From Nemertoderma westbladi (lineage: Eukaryota > Animalia > Xenacoelomorpha): a DNA stretch of 64,000 nt. Positions within the stretch are counted from its first letter, which is position 1. Every line of letters begins with the position of its first letter. Below the pieces are notes generated by a model that saw only the letters and a program-made list of their open reading frames with translations, made no database searches and had not been told where the DNA came from. The stretch lies in NCBI GenBank assembly GCA_032718475.1, contig JAUCBJ010001563.1, positions 1 to 64,000 on the forward strand, in the 5' to 3' direction. Of the stretch, positions 25,558 through 36,793 are shown piece by piece. Position numbers and translations under genes: made by a program.

Positions 25558-27776
25558 AAAGTAAATAAATACAATAAAATTATAGCACTACAGTAGAAAA
25601 ACATAAATGCGGGAAATTTAAAAACTTAAGCAACAAACAGTTAAACTGCACCACCACCAAACACAGTAAATATATCAGCCAAATACAGCAGTAAATAGAC
25701 TTACAACTGTACCTACAGTAGACCGATATATTTAAATTGATTGTTTTTATGTTTATATATTATTATACACCTACACCAATATCGTTGCCAGGCAACACTA
25801 TTTACAGAATTCATAAATGTTGTATGGCAGCGCTTGTACCACAGTACTACACAGGTTGCCAGCTTTCTGGCAACCCCGCGCCATCATCCGGCCCCCGAGC
25901 GCTCCTCCACTTGGTGCGGGAGCCCCGCAAAGAGTGGGTGGCCCCTCTAATAATGGCCAACTGAACCCACGTACGGATCCAGCCCATTGTGACGCTATAG
26001 GGCCACCCCCACGATCGGTGCAGCCGGTCTGCCACCACACGGAGAAGATGGTTCGCTTGCGGCGCGAGAACTCCGTCGCAAGAGGCGACGAACGGCGAGA
26101 AGTCTCCCCGTCGGGCCGTCACTGCGTCCGCGTACAGCCTCTTCTTCTGGTCCACGGCCGATTCCAGGACAGACATTGGGGTGCGACCCGCATATGACCC
26201 GGCGTCAAGGTTTACAACCCGAATATCGATCAACGCCTGGGTCTGCGGGTTTAGCGCACCCCGTATCCCCACATCACAACGAAGACCTGCTGCTCCGTCT
26301 ACTCCCTGCTGTTCGCGGACCACCGGCTCGAGGGTGACGTTCTGGGGCCCGAACTCGCGCGCCGCGAGATCACCGACCACATCCCGGAGCTTGTTGTTTC
26401 TTTGGATTACGAGGCCGCCTTTTTTACAATTTAAACCATGGTTTAAATCGAAGGCGGCCCCGCACCCATCGCACCGACTCGGCACCGCCGCCAGGGGACG
26501 GCCGTACCGGATCGCCAGCGCATCCCGGAACTCCATGGGGGAGAGATCAAGTTGGTGTTCGGCTATCGGGAGGGAGGAAATCCACCCACTAGAGCGGAAG
26601 TTGGTGGCGCGCTCGACCGTCCGACGGCGGCCCTGTGGGAACTCGTCCAGCATGGCCTCCAGACTAGCCCTCTCCCTTCCGAGCTGTTGGTCCCGTCCTT
26701 CTTTCCGCGCTCGCTGTAAACAATTACGGTGGTCCATGAGCGAGAACTGCCGATCTCCCAATAGCGACTGCGCGATAGTCCGGGTTCCAGCTCGCGATAT
26801 ATCGAATGAGTGGGCCGCCTCGGACACCGGATTCCGCAGTCCGAGACCTGCAGTGCGAGGTGAGAGGCCGAACAGACAATGCTCGTTTGGGGAGATCGGT
26901 CCGCCAAACACTGCGGGAAGGAAACGCTCAGTCAGCGCATCCTCCAGCACCTGGTACTCATCATCACAGTCTGGGGTTATGCGCTTGAGGTAAGCCCACT
27001 CCCGTTGGAGGGAGCCGGCCATGGCAGCGAACGCAGCTTGGGGTTGGGTCTCGGCCATCTCTGAGAGACGATCAACCGATGCGACCCACGCAGCAACTTT
27101 GGCCTGAACGTAACCCAATCGCTCTGCAGTCCCACCAAGATACCCGCCAAGGAAACGGTGTCCCGTTACTATGTTTATCTCCTGGCCAGCGAAAACTCTA
27201 CGGGCCTCCTCCTCGTACTGTGGAGCTACGACGAGGTAACTCTTGGTGGGTTCCGGATAGTAGCCGAGGGTGGGGCCGTGACGTTTCAGTTCCCTGAACC
27301 ATTCCAGGATCGGGAAGGGTCTGCCAGCTGCCGCTGAGTCGTCGGCAAACCAGTTCTGAATGAGGGGGGGCTTTCTCAGGTGGTGGATGAGGGGGAGTAT
27401 ACCGGTCGAGTACTCCAGCATCGCAAGGGGATCGCCCTGGGTGGTTCCCTCCTCGCTAAATAGAACCACATTGGTCCCTCTAATAATTAGCATACTGTGC
27501 CCCCTGTAGCAGTTAAACAAAAACAGTGAGCACCTGGGCCACAGCTGACGAGCGTTCCACAACGCGGCCGTTCGGTTCATCGAATTGAACGCGTTGGATG
27601 CGTCGACGAGGAGAACTCCCCAGCCGTCTTCCTTGTGGTCCTCAAACAACTCCGCCATCGTGTGGACGGCAGCCTCGACGCCGGCTGGCGTGCCGGCGGA
27701 GAGCTGCTCGGCGCCACAGGTCGCGGTGACGTCATCCCCCGTTGCTTCGGCCAGGGATCCGCCGAGAAGCCATGGG
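25558..27776 (-). mobile_element. 5'-truncated CRE-like non-LTR retrotransposon with a restriction-like endonuclease
   Basis: GC-rich insert within the satellite; the satellite resumes 12 nt back (ATCTACCAATAG at 25546-25557 and 27777-27788), consistent with a TSD; 3' UTR about 290 nt. Confidence 0.85.
25847..27776 (-). CDS. RT, CCHC finger and REL endonuclease (N-terminally truncated; frame open to the junction)
   Basis: QLSAG..AGVEAAVH, VDASNAFN, GTTQGDPLAM, FADD, CDGC..HGLNCKKGG, RNNKLRD, EP..RCD..IDIRV..K. Confidence 0.9.
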
Positions 27777-28793
27777 ATCTACCAATAGTGTTAGCGCTGA
27801 CTATCCATTTATCTACCAATAGTGTTAGTGCTGACTATCTGTTTATCTACCAATAGTATTAGTGCTGACTATCTGTTTATATACCAATAGTATTAGTGCT
27901 GACTATCCATTTATCTACCAATAGTGTTAGTGCTGACTATCCATTTATCTACCAATAGTGTTAGCGCTGACTATCCATTTATCTACCAATAGTTTTAGCG
28001 CTGACTATCCATTTATCTACCAATAGTGTTAGCGCTGACTATCCTTTTATCTACCAATAGTGTTAGTGCTGACTATCTGTTTATCTACCAATAGTATTAG
28101 TGCTGACTATCTGTTTATATACCAATAGTGTTAGTGCTGACTATCCATTTATCTACCAATACTGTTAGCGCTGACAATCTATTTATCTACCAATAGTGTT
28201 AATGCTGACTATCTGTTTATCTACCAATAGTATTAGTGCTGACTATCTGTTTATATACCAATAGTGTTAGCGCTGACTATCCTTTTATCTACCAATAGTG
28301 TTAGTGCTGACTATCCATTTATCTACCAATAGTGTTAGCGCTGACTATCCTTTTATCTACCAATAGTGTTAGCGCTGACTATCTGTTTATCTACCAATAG
28401 TATTAGTTCTGACTATCTGTTTATATACCAATAGTATTAGTGCTGACTATCCGTTTATCTACCAATAGTATTAGTGCTGACTATTCATTTATCTACCAAT
28501 AGTGTTAGTGCTGACTATCCATTTATCTACCAATAGTGTTAGCGCTGACTATCCATTTATCTACCAATAGTGTTAGTGCTGACTATCCATTTATCTACCA
28601 ATAGTGTTAGCGCTGACTATCCATTTATCTACCAATAGTGTTAGTGCTGACTATCCATTTATCTACCAATAGTGTTAGCGCTGACTATCCTTTTATCTAC
28701 CAATAGTGTTAGTGCTGACTATCTGTTTATCTACCAATAGTATTAGTGCTGACTATCTGTTTATATACCAATAGTGTTAGTGCTGACTATCTG
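27777..28793. repeat. 34-bp minisatellite, right block
   Basis: Same unit as the left block. Confidence 0.97.
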
Positions 28794-30141
28794 TTATGTT
28801 CAATTTCATTATGAATCCTAATTGTACGTGGTAGTTTATTTTGATCAATGCTGGTACAATTATACATTATTATTCCAATAGGACATATATTCACAGTATG
28901 GGACCTACCTACCTATATTCCTAGACGGGGGGGGGGGGGGGGGTTCGGGGAGCACTTGACTCAAATCCCATCTCTGCAAAATACTATATCGTCTCAATAA
29001 TAAATTATTAATTTTGACCGTAATCAGCTGTTATTTGCGTCGATTGACCCCTGGAGATTGATGAATTTTGACTGCATCGAAAATCCCCCACCCCATATAT
29101 GAAAATGTATCTTTGCTTATGCATTTACGCGAAAACATATATACTATTATCAAAAGCATTGATTATGTTCGCAATTGCATATATTACGGATGCAAATGCA
29201 TATATGCTCATACGTAAATATGTATGCAAAGCCATACGTGGGTGTATACTGTATATATTCATTTGCATATCCGTATCAAATATTATATTCATCCTTGGTT
29301 GGCCTGATATTCCGAACTTAATCCTCGCACTTCTATATTTCTCAGCTAAGTTTGTTAATGTATCTGTTTTTAGGGGACCTGAGACTTGAGTTCAACACGT
29401 TGCAAACAATGTAACGGATTGATTATGAGTTCGGTCTGGAATACCCATCTCGATCTCATCAGACGCACATACGCATAGGACACTCAGCTATTATAAACTC
29501 GAATATCTTCAATGACCAATCCCATAGGATCAAGCCTTAAAATGCTCACACAAATAAGCTCATTATTGCATACAACAAAGACTTCTAATTGCCCTCGTCG
29601 GTTGAAAGAGACGAAATTAAATCTTACTGCGTTTTCTTTTTTGATAAGATAAACGATTGTTGCGACATTTATACGACTATCCTCTAGGAGCAAATTATCT
29701 GCGTTGACTGAAATTTTCTGCCACAAAGTTGAATACGGCAAATGTGTTGAAACATTATATCGGTCCCTCCTGGTTTGGTGTTTAACCATATTAGCACTGG
29801 GGTGTTTAGTTAGACCATTGCATTGGCAGCAGTAAGGGGGGAGGGGGTGATTCGGCCCACCCAATGTATTTTTGTAATCGTCCAATGAAATCCTACACAA
29901 TTTGGACTGCAGGTAAAAAATTACCGATGAAAACAACCAAACCTTTAAAAATGAAAATTTCATAAGCTGTATATCATAATTTTCATGAAAAAAAATAAGT
30001 AGTCCCAGGACCAAATTTCAACATATTTGTTATTTTAAAAACTATTAGAGTTGCTTTGTTGGCTAGCTCTAGATGGAAGCAGCTGTATTGAATGCGATTA
30101 TATTCCATTCCCGAAAATTAAGCGTATGCTATTTTTCGTAA

Positions 30142-30341
30142 GGCCGCGTTCACATTACCGAGTCAAAGTGAAAAGGAGTCAAAAGACAAAATGTGAAACA
30201 AATCACATGAAATTTATTTTTTTCTAGAATGCCCTTATGTATTATATTAGGCCTATATAATGTATTATTATTTATTATTGCTAGCTAGCTATATTTGTTT
30301 TCTTTTGACTTTGATTTTGACTCGGTAGTGTGAACGCGGCC
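30142..30341. mobile_element. PIF/Harbinger (Tourist-like) MITE
   Basis: TIR GGCCGCGTTCACA(T/C)TACCGAGTCAAA; TAA TSD on both sides. Confidence 0.85.
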
Positions 30342-30719
30342 TAAGGAGTAGGTGTGGCACATCAAATTTTGAAAAATATGAGATCCGAAAAAAACCCCCA
30401 TGTTTTGATTTCAGTGCATTTTAAAAGGCTTTCTGTGTCGCCGATTCGATTCTAAAATCATGACTATCTATCTATTGGTTGCTAATTTTTGATGCACGAA
30501 TATTAGGGCGTGGCACTTCAATTTTTGAAATATTCAAGATTCTTAATATACGCCCAAGTTTCGATTTCATCGCATTTTTAGAGATTTTCTGGGTCGCTGA
30601 ATCGAATGAGATAACACAATACATAGTGGTACTTTATTTTTTTTCTTAATTCGGTCGCGGCACCTCAAATTTGAAAATTATGAAAATAAGCCCAAGTTTT
30701 TATTACAAATTGTTCAACC

Positions 30720-31770
30720 ACTAGGACGTCAGGTTTATTAACGATATATTATAGAAACACATCACCGAAACTCTAGAGACAGGAAGATTCACAGACTGCA
30801 GTTGTTATCGAATCGAGACAGGTCGATGGGCGTCACACCCAAGACTACGGAACCAAATAAATGTAAACTCAAAATGGGCTATTGGCGTTTATAATATTAT
30901 AAACTCCTGGATACTACCGGTAGGCCTGGGCTGAATTCTACTGAACGAATAAGGAGACGCAAAAAGCCCTTGAAAAGGTGGAAGGGTCCGGTCATCATCG
31001 TCAGAGAGTATTTCCAAAGGCCAAATCAAATAATGATCCAATTCTACTAAAAGTTCTCATCACAATACACTACGTCGCACCATTTTCAAACAACAAAAAG
31101 TTAATTAGCATTTCCCCTTGCCAAGGGATAAGAAAACCAATCCCACTCTCAGCCTTTCAATAATCCTGAATCTCTGATGATAAATCGATTACACAGTGAT
31201 GAGTTTTCAATGCAACAACAAAAGTAAGTGAACCAGGACCGTCTACCATTTAGATAGGTTTATAAACCGTGAGGTAAGTTAAAAGAGGGCAATTTAAAAA
31301 CAGGTTATCAATTATTAATAAATAAATATCAATATTATATACGATAAAAGGAAGTCCTTCGATCTAAGTGAGATGCGGCACATATTCATGGAATTCTTGA
31401 AGCTCACCCTTGGGACCATCAACAAATCACAAAAAGTGCGAAGAGTTGCGGGACGATTGGGCGGTAATAATGTTAAATGAATATCGAGTGAGCAAACGTT
31501 TCCTAAAGTCCCCGAGTTTGACTCTCCCAATAAAACATCGGCAGGTTAAACTATCTCTTCTCTGTGCCAACTTTCACTTAATTGAGATATACTTTATAAA
31601 TTGTAGATGAGGGCAGATAACCGCGCAACTTCAGTAAATGAGAAGATCTAAAGATTATGTAATTGTGGATGAATCAGGATGAAGGGATGGGATGCACACG
31701 AAGCGTGAAATTTGTTTTCGACTTCTAATTAAAGACTGTGTTACAACCACCTTCTGATGAGACCTAGGCC
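30720..31770 (+). pseudogene. Possible highly degenerate Penelope-like element relic
   Basis: MNQDEG near 31670 resembles the GIY-YIG C-terminal (L/M)NRDEG motif; partial hammerhead core CTGATGAGACC near 31755. Confidence 0.3.
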
Positions 31771-31835
31771 ATGACGATGGCAAACTATAAAAATGTAATT
31801 AAAGAACATTACAAGTAAGGTGGGGATGATAAAAT

Positions 31836-31979
31836 ATATCAAATGTTGTCCAAGGTCTACACCCACCGATAGAGGTACAAAAGTGTATTATTACATACAG
31901 AAAGCTCGCTGTAATAATACCCTTTCTTTTTTGTACCTCTGTCGGTGGGTGTAGACGACCTTGAACAACATTTGTTATA
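31836..31979. mobile_element. Palindromic MITE-like hairpin
   Basis: CAAATGTTGTCCAAGGTCTACACCCACCGATAGAGGTACAAAA is mirrored at the right end. Confidence 0.65.
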
Positions 31980-32242
31980 AATTAATTCGTAAAGTCGCTA
32001 TCGCTCTCACAGAAATTGACGGATTCTTCGCGAATTTATCTAAATTCTCAAACGTCGTAAAAAAAATACCGAATTATTGGCATTAAAGCATGACTGTGAA
32101 ATATAATTATTTTGCAACAATAGTAAACAAGAATGATTAGATAGATTGTGCTACTGATAAGCAGACATAATATTATTATGTCTTACACCAAAAATTAACA
32201 AATGTAAAGTTGGACTGTTACTATTGTGAATTAATTTTATAT

Positions 32243-32371
32243 ATTTATCAATCACGTTAAGTAAAAAAACCTTACCAGTAGGTGTGTTAGTAACAAAGTA
32301 TGTAATACAGTATGTAACAAAGTAATAACACACCTACCGGTAAGGTTTTTTACTTAACATGCTTGATAAAT
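32243..32371. mobile_element. Palindromic MITE-like hairpin
   Basis: ATTTATCAA...GTTAAGTAAAAAAACCTTACC.GTAGGTGTGTT is mirrored at the right end. Confidence 0.65.
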
Positions 32372-32389
32372 AAATAAATATAATAGGTA

Positions 32390-33063
32390 ACTAGAGACGA
32401 CGTCAAGACGCCGTTAAGCAAGTCGGAAGTCATCAATCAAATGTAAATTCCATCAACAAGCTGTCATTGGTGTTATTTTACCATTGCGCCTATGGCGTTT
32501 TTTCGTTTATGTCTATTTTTCGAGCACACGGCTCATGGACGAAATAGCGGAACATACCAGGGACCTTAGAATCGCGGTATCTAGCCGCTGTGAAAATTTC
32601 ATCAAAATCGTTAGAGTAGTTTTGCCTGTAGATCAGTCAGTCAGCCAGCCAGTCAGTCAGTCAGCCAGCCAGCCAGCCAGCCAGTCAATCAATCAGCCAA
32701 CAATTCTTACAGTAATCAAGTCCTACGACTTGCTAACTAGAGACGGCGTCAAGACGCCGTTAAGCAAGTCGGAAGTCATCAATTCAAATGTAAATTCCAT
32801 CAACAAGCTGTCATTGGTGTTATTTTACCATTGCGCCTATGGCGTTTTTTCGTTAATCTCTATTTTTCGAGACCACGGCTCATGGACGAAATAGCGGAAC
32901 ATACCAGGGACCTTAGAATCGCGGTATCTAGCCGCTGTGAAAATTTCATCAAAATCGTTAGAGTAGTTTTGGCTGTAGATCAGTCAGCCAGCCAGCCAGT
33001 CAGTCAGCCAGTCAATCAATCAGCCAACAATTCTTACAGTAATCAAGTCCTACGACTTGCTAA
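32390..33063 (+). mobile_element. Head-to-tail dimer of a ~340-bp Helentron-associated (HINE/DINE-1-like) element
   Basis: Units start at 32390 and 32736; sub-TIR AGCAAGTCG/CGACTTGCT; internal (CAGY)n microsatellite. Confidence 0.7.
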
Positions 33064-33544
33064 TTATTGGTTACTCAAGCTTCTACATCAATTGTTACTA
33101 TTGTGATATGTGGCGTGTCACATAGAAGAGTAGAAAATAGGTCAATTTGTCACATTTCGTCAACACAGTTAAAGTTTTAGAAGATTAAAATATGTCAATT
33201 TTTCATTCCTGGTGCAGTTTTTTATGAGGATTTCAAAGCTTCCAACCATTTGTTAATAGCTAATGTAGTTCAAAAGTATATGGGGATATCCTGGTTGCTG
33301 ATTTCATTTTCCGATATAAGTTTTCATATTTGACGACAACCTACTGGTGGTTCTGTATGGCGGTTGTCTTGTCTGTCCAGCTATCTGTCTGTCAAAGTAA
33401 TAGGCAGACAGACAGACTGTCTGAAGCCCAAACTTTTTTGCATAAACGACAGTTTCTTTCTAGACGAATGACAAACTTTTTTCAAACTTTGTTGCAATTA
33501 TTGGACCGTTAGTTACTTAATTCGCTAATAATTAGCATTATTTC

Positions 33545-34120
33545 TACTACTACTACTAGGATCGGCATGCTGCATTTCAGCTGCTATTTTAAGAATGCTG
33601 TGCCGGCTTGTCGACAAAATTGCGCCGCCACAACTCCCTATCACCCATGACATTTGCTAGATCATCCGCATTTCCAAGGCCAGTGTCCTTTAAGATGCGT
33701 CTCAAGAAAGTCATGGGCTGTCCACCGTGCTTATTCACTCCATGAGGCTGCCAAAGTACAAGATTATGCACTGGCTGGTCCTCACGGCGAAAGCAATGTC
33801 CTCAAAGCCGAGGTGACTTTGTTCTAGTGTCAAGAATGGGGGAACCAATGAGACACTTCCAATGTTACATAGTCTCTGGTTGGAGATGTGTGCATTGTAC
33901 TTGACACAATGAACCCGGCGTAGCATTCTTGTGAATGTACCATCCAGAGATTTGGTGTCCTCAGCAGTTAGAGCCCAGCGGACTCCCATAGAAGAGTACT
34001 GGAACTACTGCTGCTCTAAATATTCGGACCATAAGTTTCCGATTAATTCTCAGTGACTTCCAGATCCTGGAAAGCCTATTCAAGGCTGCCCATGCCTTTC
34101 CCTTGCATATTCGAAGGTCC
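33545..34120 (-). pseudogene. 3' fragment of an RTE-clade LINE
   Basis: WALT...LDGTFTRMLRR...HISNQRL...LWQP...MGDRELWR on the minus strand, followed by a (TAG)n tail. Confidence 0.7.
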
Positions 34121-35482
34121 TAGACGGTCCTTACGTATTCGAAGCATTATTTCACTTTCATCAAGAAAATGGGTTAACAGGTTAGTTTTTTCTGGTTATT
34201 TTAGATGGACATGACGACTTCAATAACATTTTAAAATAATTAAAATAAAATTTATGGCAAGTGTTATAGCTCATTGGAAAGGTAACAACACCTTTTCTAT
34301 GTGATTCTAGGACATTTTGTACCTTTATTCATCAGTATCATTAAATGCCATGATATTTTAATGCTTTAAGTTGCGTTAAGTTTACAACTACTGGTATTTG
34401 TTTGCCCAAGATAGGTTTGTAAAGTAGCCGTCGTAATGGCGGTCCCGCAGGTTGAATTCAATATTTCGTACATATAAGGAAGATGCTATTTTTTGGCCTT
34501 CTTTCTGGCCTACAGATGGAAAACCAAAGGCATCCGATGATAGTTTGTTCTACTTATGCTAAAGGCATTTAATGTGTAAAGTGGACAACAAATTTATGGA
34601 ACCCTCACTTTTTCAAGTAATGGTACTTTATTGAAACTAAGAAAATCATTTTTTTTTAAAAAGGTAGTTAACTAAAATTGGGTGTGTGTTATCCAAAGTA
34701 GAAATATTTTAGAGTTTATGAAAGTGACTTTATTACCAATCGTCAAATAAGATTAACTTAACTCTCTTCAAAAAGTTAAATTCAACGCGAAAAGTGAGTT
34801 TGTGATTATTTGCACAGAACAGTTAGCCAATGATTCGAGGAGATTTGTAATAATTTTGCTTTAAAATTTGATAATTATTTCAATTATTAATTTGGAGTGG
34901 ATGTCTCATATAAAATTCAACATGTTTGAGATTGCTATGCTTTGAGAGTGCTAAGTCCCAGTCCCCAATAGAAATTTGTTGATGTTAAACAAACCGGCAA
35001 ATGACACGTGAAGTCTGTGGTGTGATATTTTACAATTTATCCACTATACTTGGCACATATAGATCTTGGCAGTCTCAATACTGCATAATGTTACATAAGC
35101 GACAAAAGATAGATAATTATTATTATTCTATAAAAGTGCCAAATTCAAATGGGCATAGCCAAACAAATTTATCATACCAATCCTAAAGCCATAAATTTTA
35201 TATGTATTTAATACTGTTGTAATATTTTCGATTTCAAAAAATCGTAACATTGCTAAAAGCCGTTAGTTTATTAATTGCGAATTGTAATAGCACATTTATT
35301 ATAGGAAGGGATCTAGGGGTCTTAACCTCGAATGATAAGTTTATTTTACCGAAAATACCTTATCTTTTATTGGCGCAATTGTAGGACTAATCCCATCACA
35401 TGCGTACTTTTTAACCGGGTAGTGTACAAATTTAGGAATCGCGTAATTTTTCTTGAAATTAATATCTCACATATCTCTCCAA

Positions 35483-35525
35483 ACCACGTACGCGTTTCGA
35501 CCTTACTGGGTCTCATCAGCGTGGT
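35483..35525 (-). ncRNA. Minimal type I hammerhead ribozyme
   Basis: Minus strand: ACCACG CTGATGA GACC CAGTAA GGTC GAAA CGCG TA CGTGGT. Confidence 0.85.
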
Positions 35526-35734
35526 GTCGGATTCGAATAAAAGATAAAAGATAAGGTATTTTCGGTAAAATAAACTTTTCATTCGAGGTTAAGACCCCTA
35601 GATCCCTTCCTATAATAAATGTATAATAACAAACACCTCGAAAAATACAGCTTGCCAACGCACTGTTACTATCAATAATAAAATTCAGGGGCTAATAAAA
35701 TGGCAGCTGGCATTGAAATTAATACTCCATCTCA

Positions 35735-35795
35735 AGAACCTGTGGCCTAGTGGTTGTTGTCTCGGCTTCCACCTCGAGGTCCCATGTTCGAATCC
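35735..35795 (+). promoter_or_regulatory. tRNA-like Pol III internal promoter (A and B boxes) directly upstream of the hammerhead
   Basis: A box TGGCCTAGTGG at 35743-35753; CTTCCA loop; B box GTTCGAATCC at 35786-35795. Confidence 0.55.
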
Positions 35796-35798
35796 GAC

Positions 35799-35841
35799 AC
35801 CACGCTGATGAGACCCAATAAGGTCGAAACGCGTACGTGGT
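35799..35841 (+). ncRNA. Minimal type I hammerhead ribozyme
   Basis: ACCACG CTGATGA GACC CAATAA GGTC GAAA CGCG TA CGTGGT: intact core, stems I and II, palindromic stem III, GUA cleavage triplet. Confidence 0.85.
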
Positions 35842-36793
35842 TTGGAGAGATATGTGAGATATTAATTTCAAGAAAAATTACGCGATTCCTAAATTTGTAC
35901 ACTACCCGGTTAAAAAGTACGCATGTGATTAGTCCTACAATTGCGCCAATAAAAGATAAGTTATTTTCGGTAAATCATTCGAGGTAAAGACCCCTAGATC
36001 CCTTCCTATAATAAATGTATAATAACAAACACCTCGAAAAATACAGCTTGCCAACACATTGTTACTATCAGTAATAGCACATCACATCATAAACGGTGTG
36101 ACACGTACGCGTACAATAGTTCATAATAGTCCATCACAGCTACACACACACCTTGACCCGTATTATAGTGTTATAATCTGGTGACAAGGAACCCACCAAA
36201 TTGTTCTTCAAATCTTTATCATATTGCTTTAAATTTGAAAAACAACTAGTTCAACTTACCGTCGATGTCCACATGCTAGAATTTTCTATTTTACCCTTAA
36301 TATTTTTTATGTTTTTATGTTTTTTAAAAGAGTTTTTAAAAGTGTCTTTTGCGAAGTCGCACCCTTCGCATCGCAGCCATTCTTCACAAGATTTTTATCA
36401 TTCGAAAGCTTGCGTTTCAAGGATTCTATTCCAAATATGTATCAATGTCTTCGATTCGTTGAGAAACATCTGATATATGGACGTTAAAATATTAGATAAT
36501 TAATACAAATCTGTGTGAAATATCGAATTCGTTTTTAGTCTGTTCAAGTTTCAAATGTTTCATTAATTATTATTTCGATCATCCACAAAATGAAATTCCC
36601 ATACTATAAAACTCTAAAAACTGTCACTAAATGGTATTAATGATTAAAAGTGAACTTTACTATTAAACATAAATATATTTTTTAATGGAACCAGTAATTA
36701 AGAAAGAGATGACGTGTGTGTATATTAGTGCTGAACACTGAAATAGAAACATGGATAAATCTTGAAAAGAAATTGATTGATAAATTCGAACTT

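Larger units (their letters stand above)
35293..36075. mobile_element. Penelope-like pLTR or retrozyme-type repeat cluster (inverted plus tandem copies)
   Basis: 35293-35537 is the reverse complement of 35787-36017; the 3' part repeats directly at 35538-35675; carries hammerheads. Confidence 0.7.

Noticed and set aside
26181-26993. 270-aa plus-strand ORF and other short ORFs overlapping the CRE element
   Set aside because: Antisense shadows of a GC-rich RT ORF.
22857-28793. CRISPR-like array (34-bp periodicity)
   Set aside because: Units are contiguous with no unique spacers, there are no cas genes, and the context is eukaryotic; this is a minisatellite.
36716-36793. N-terminal extension of the kinesin from a GTG start
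   Set aside because: Eukaryotic context; the first ATG at 36794 sits right at the start of the motor domain.
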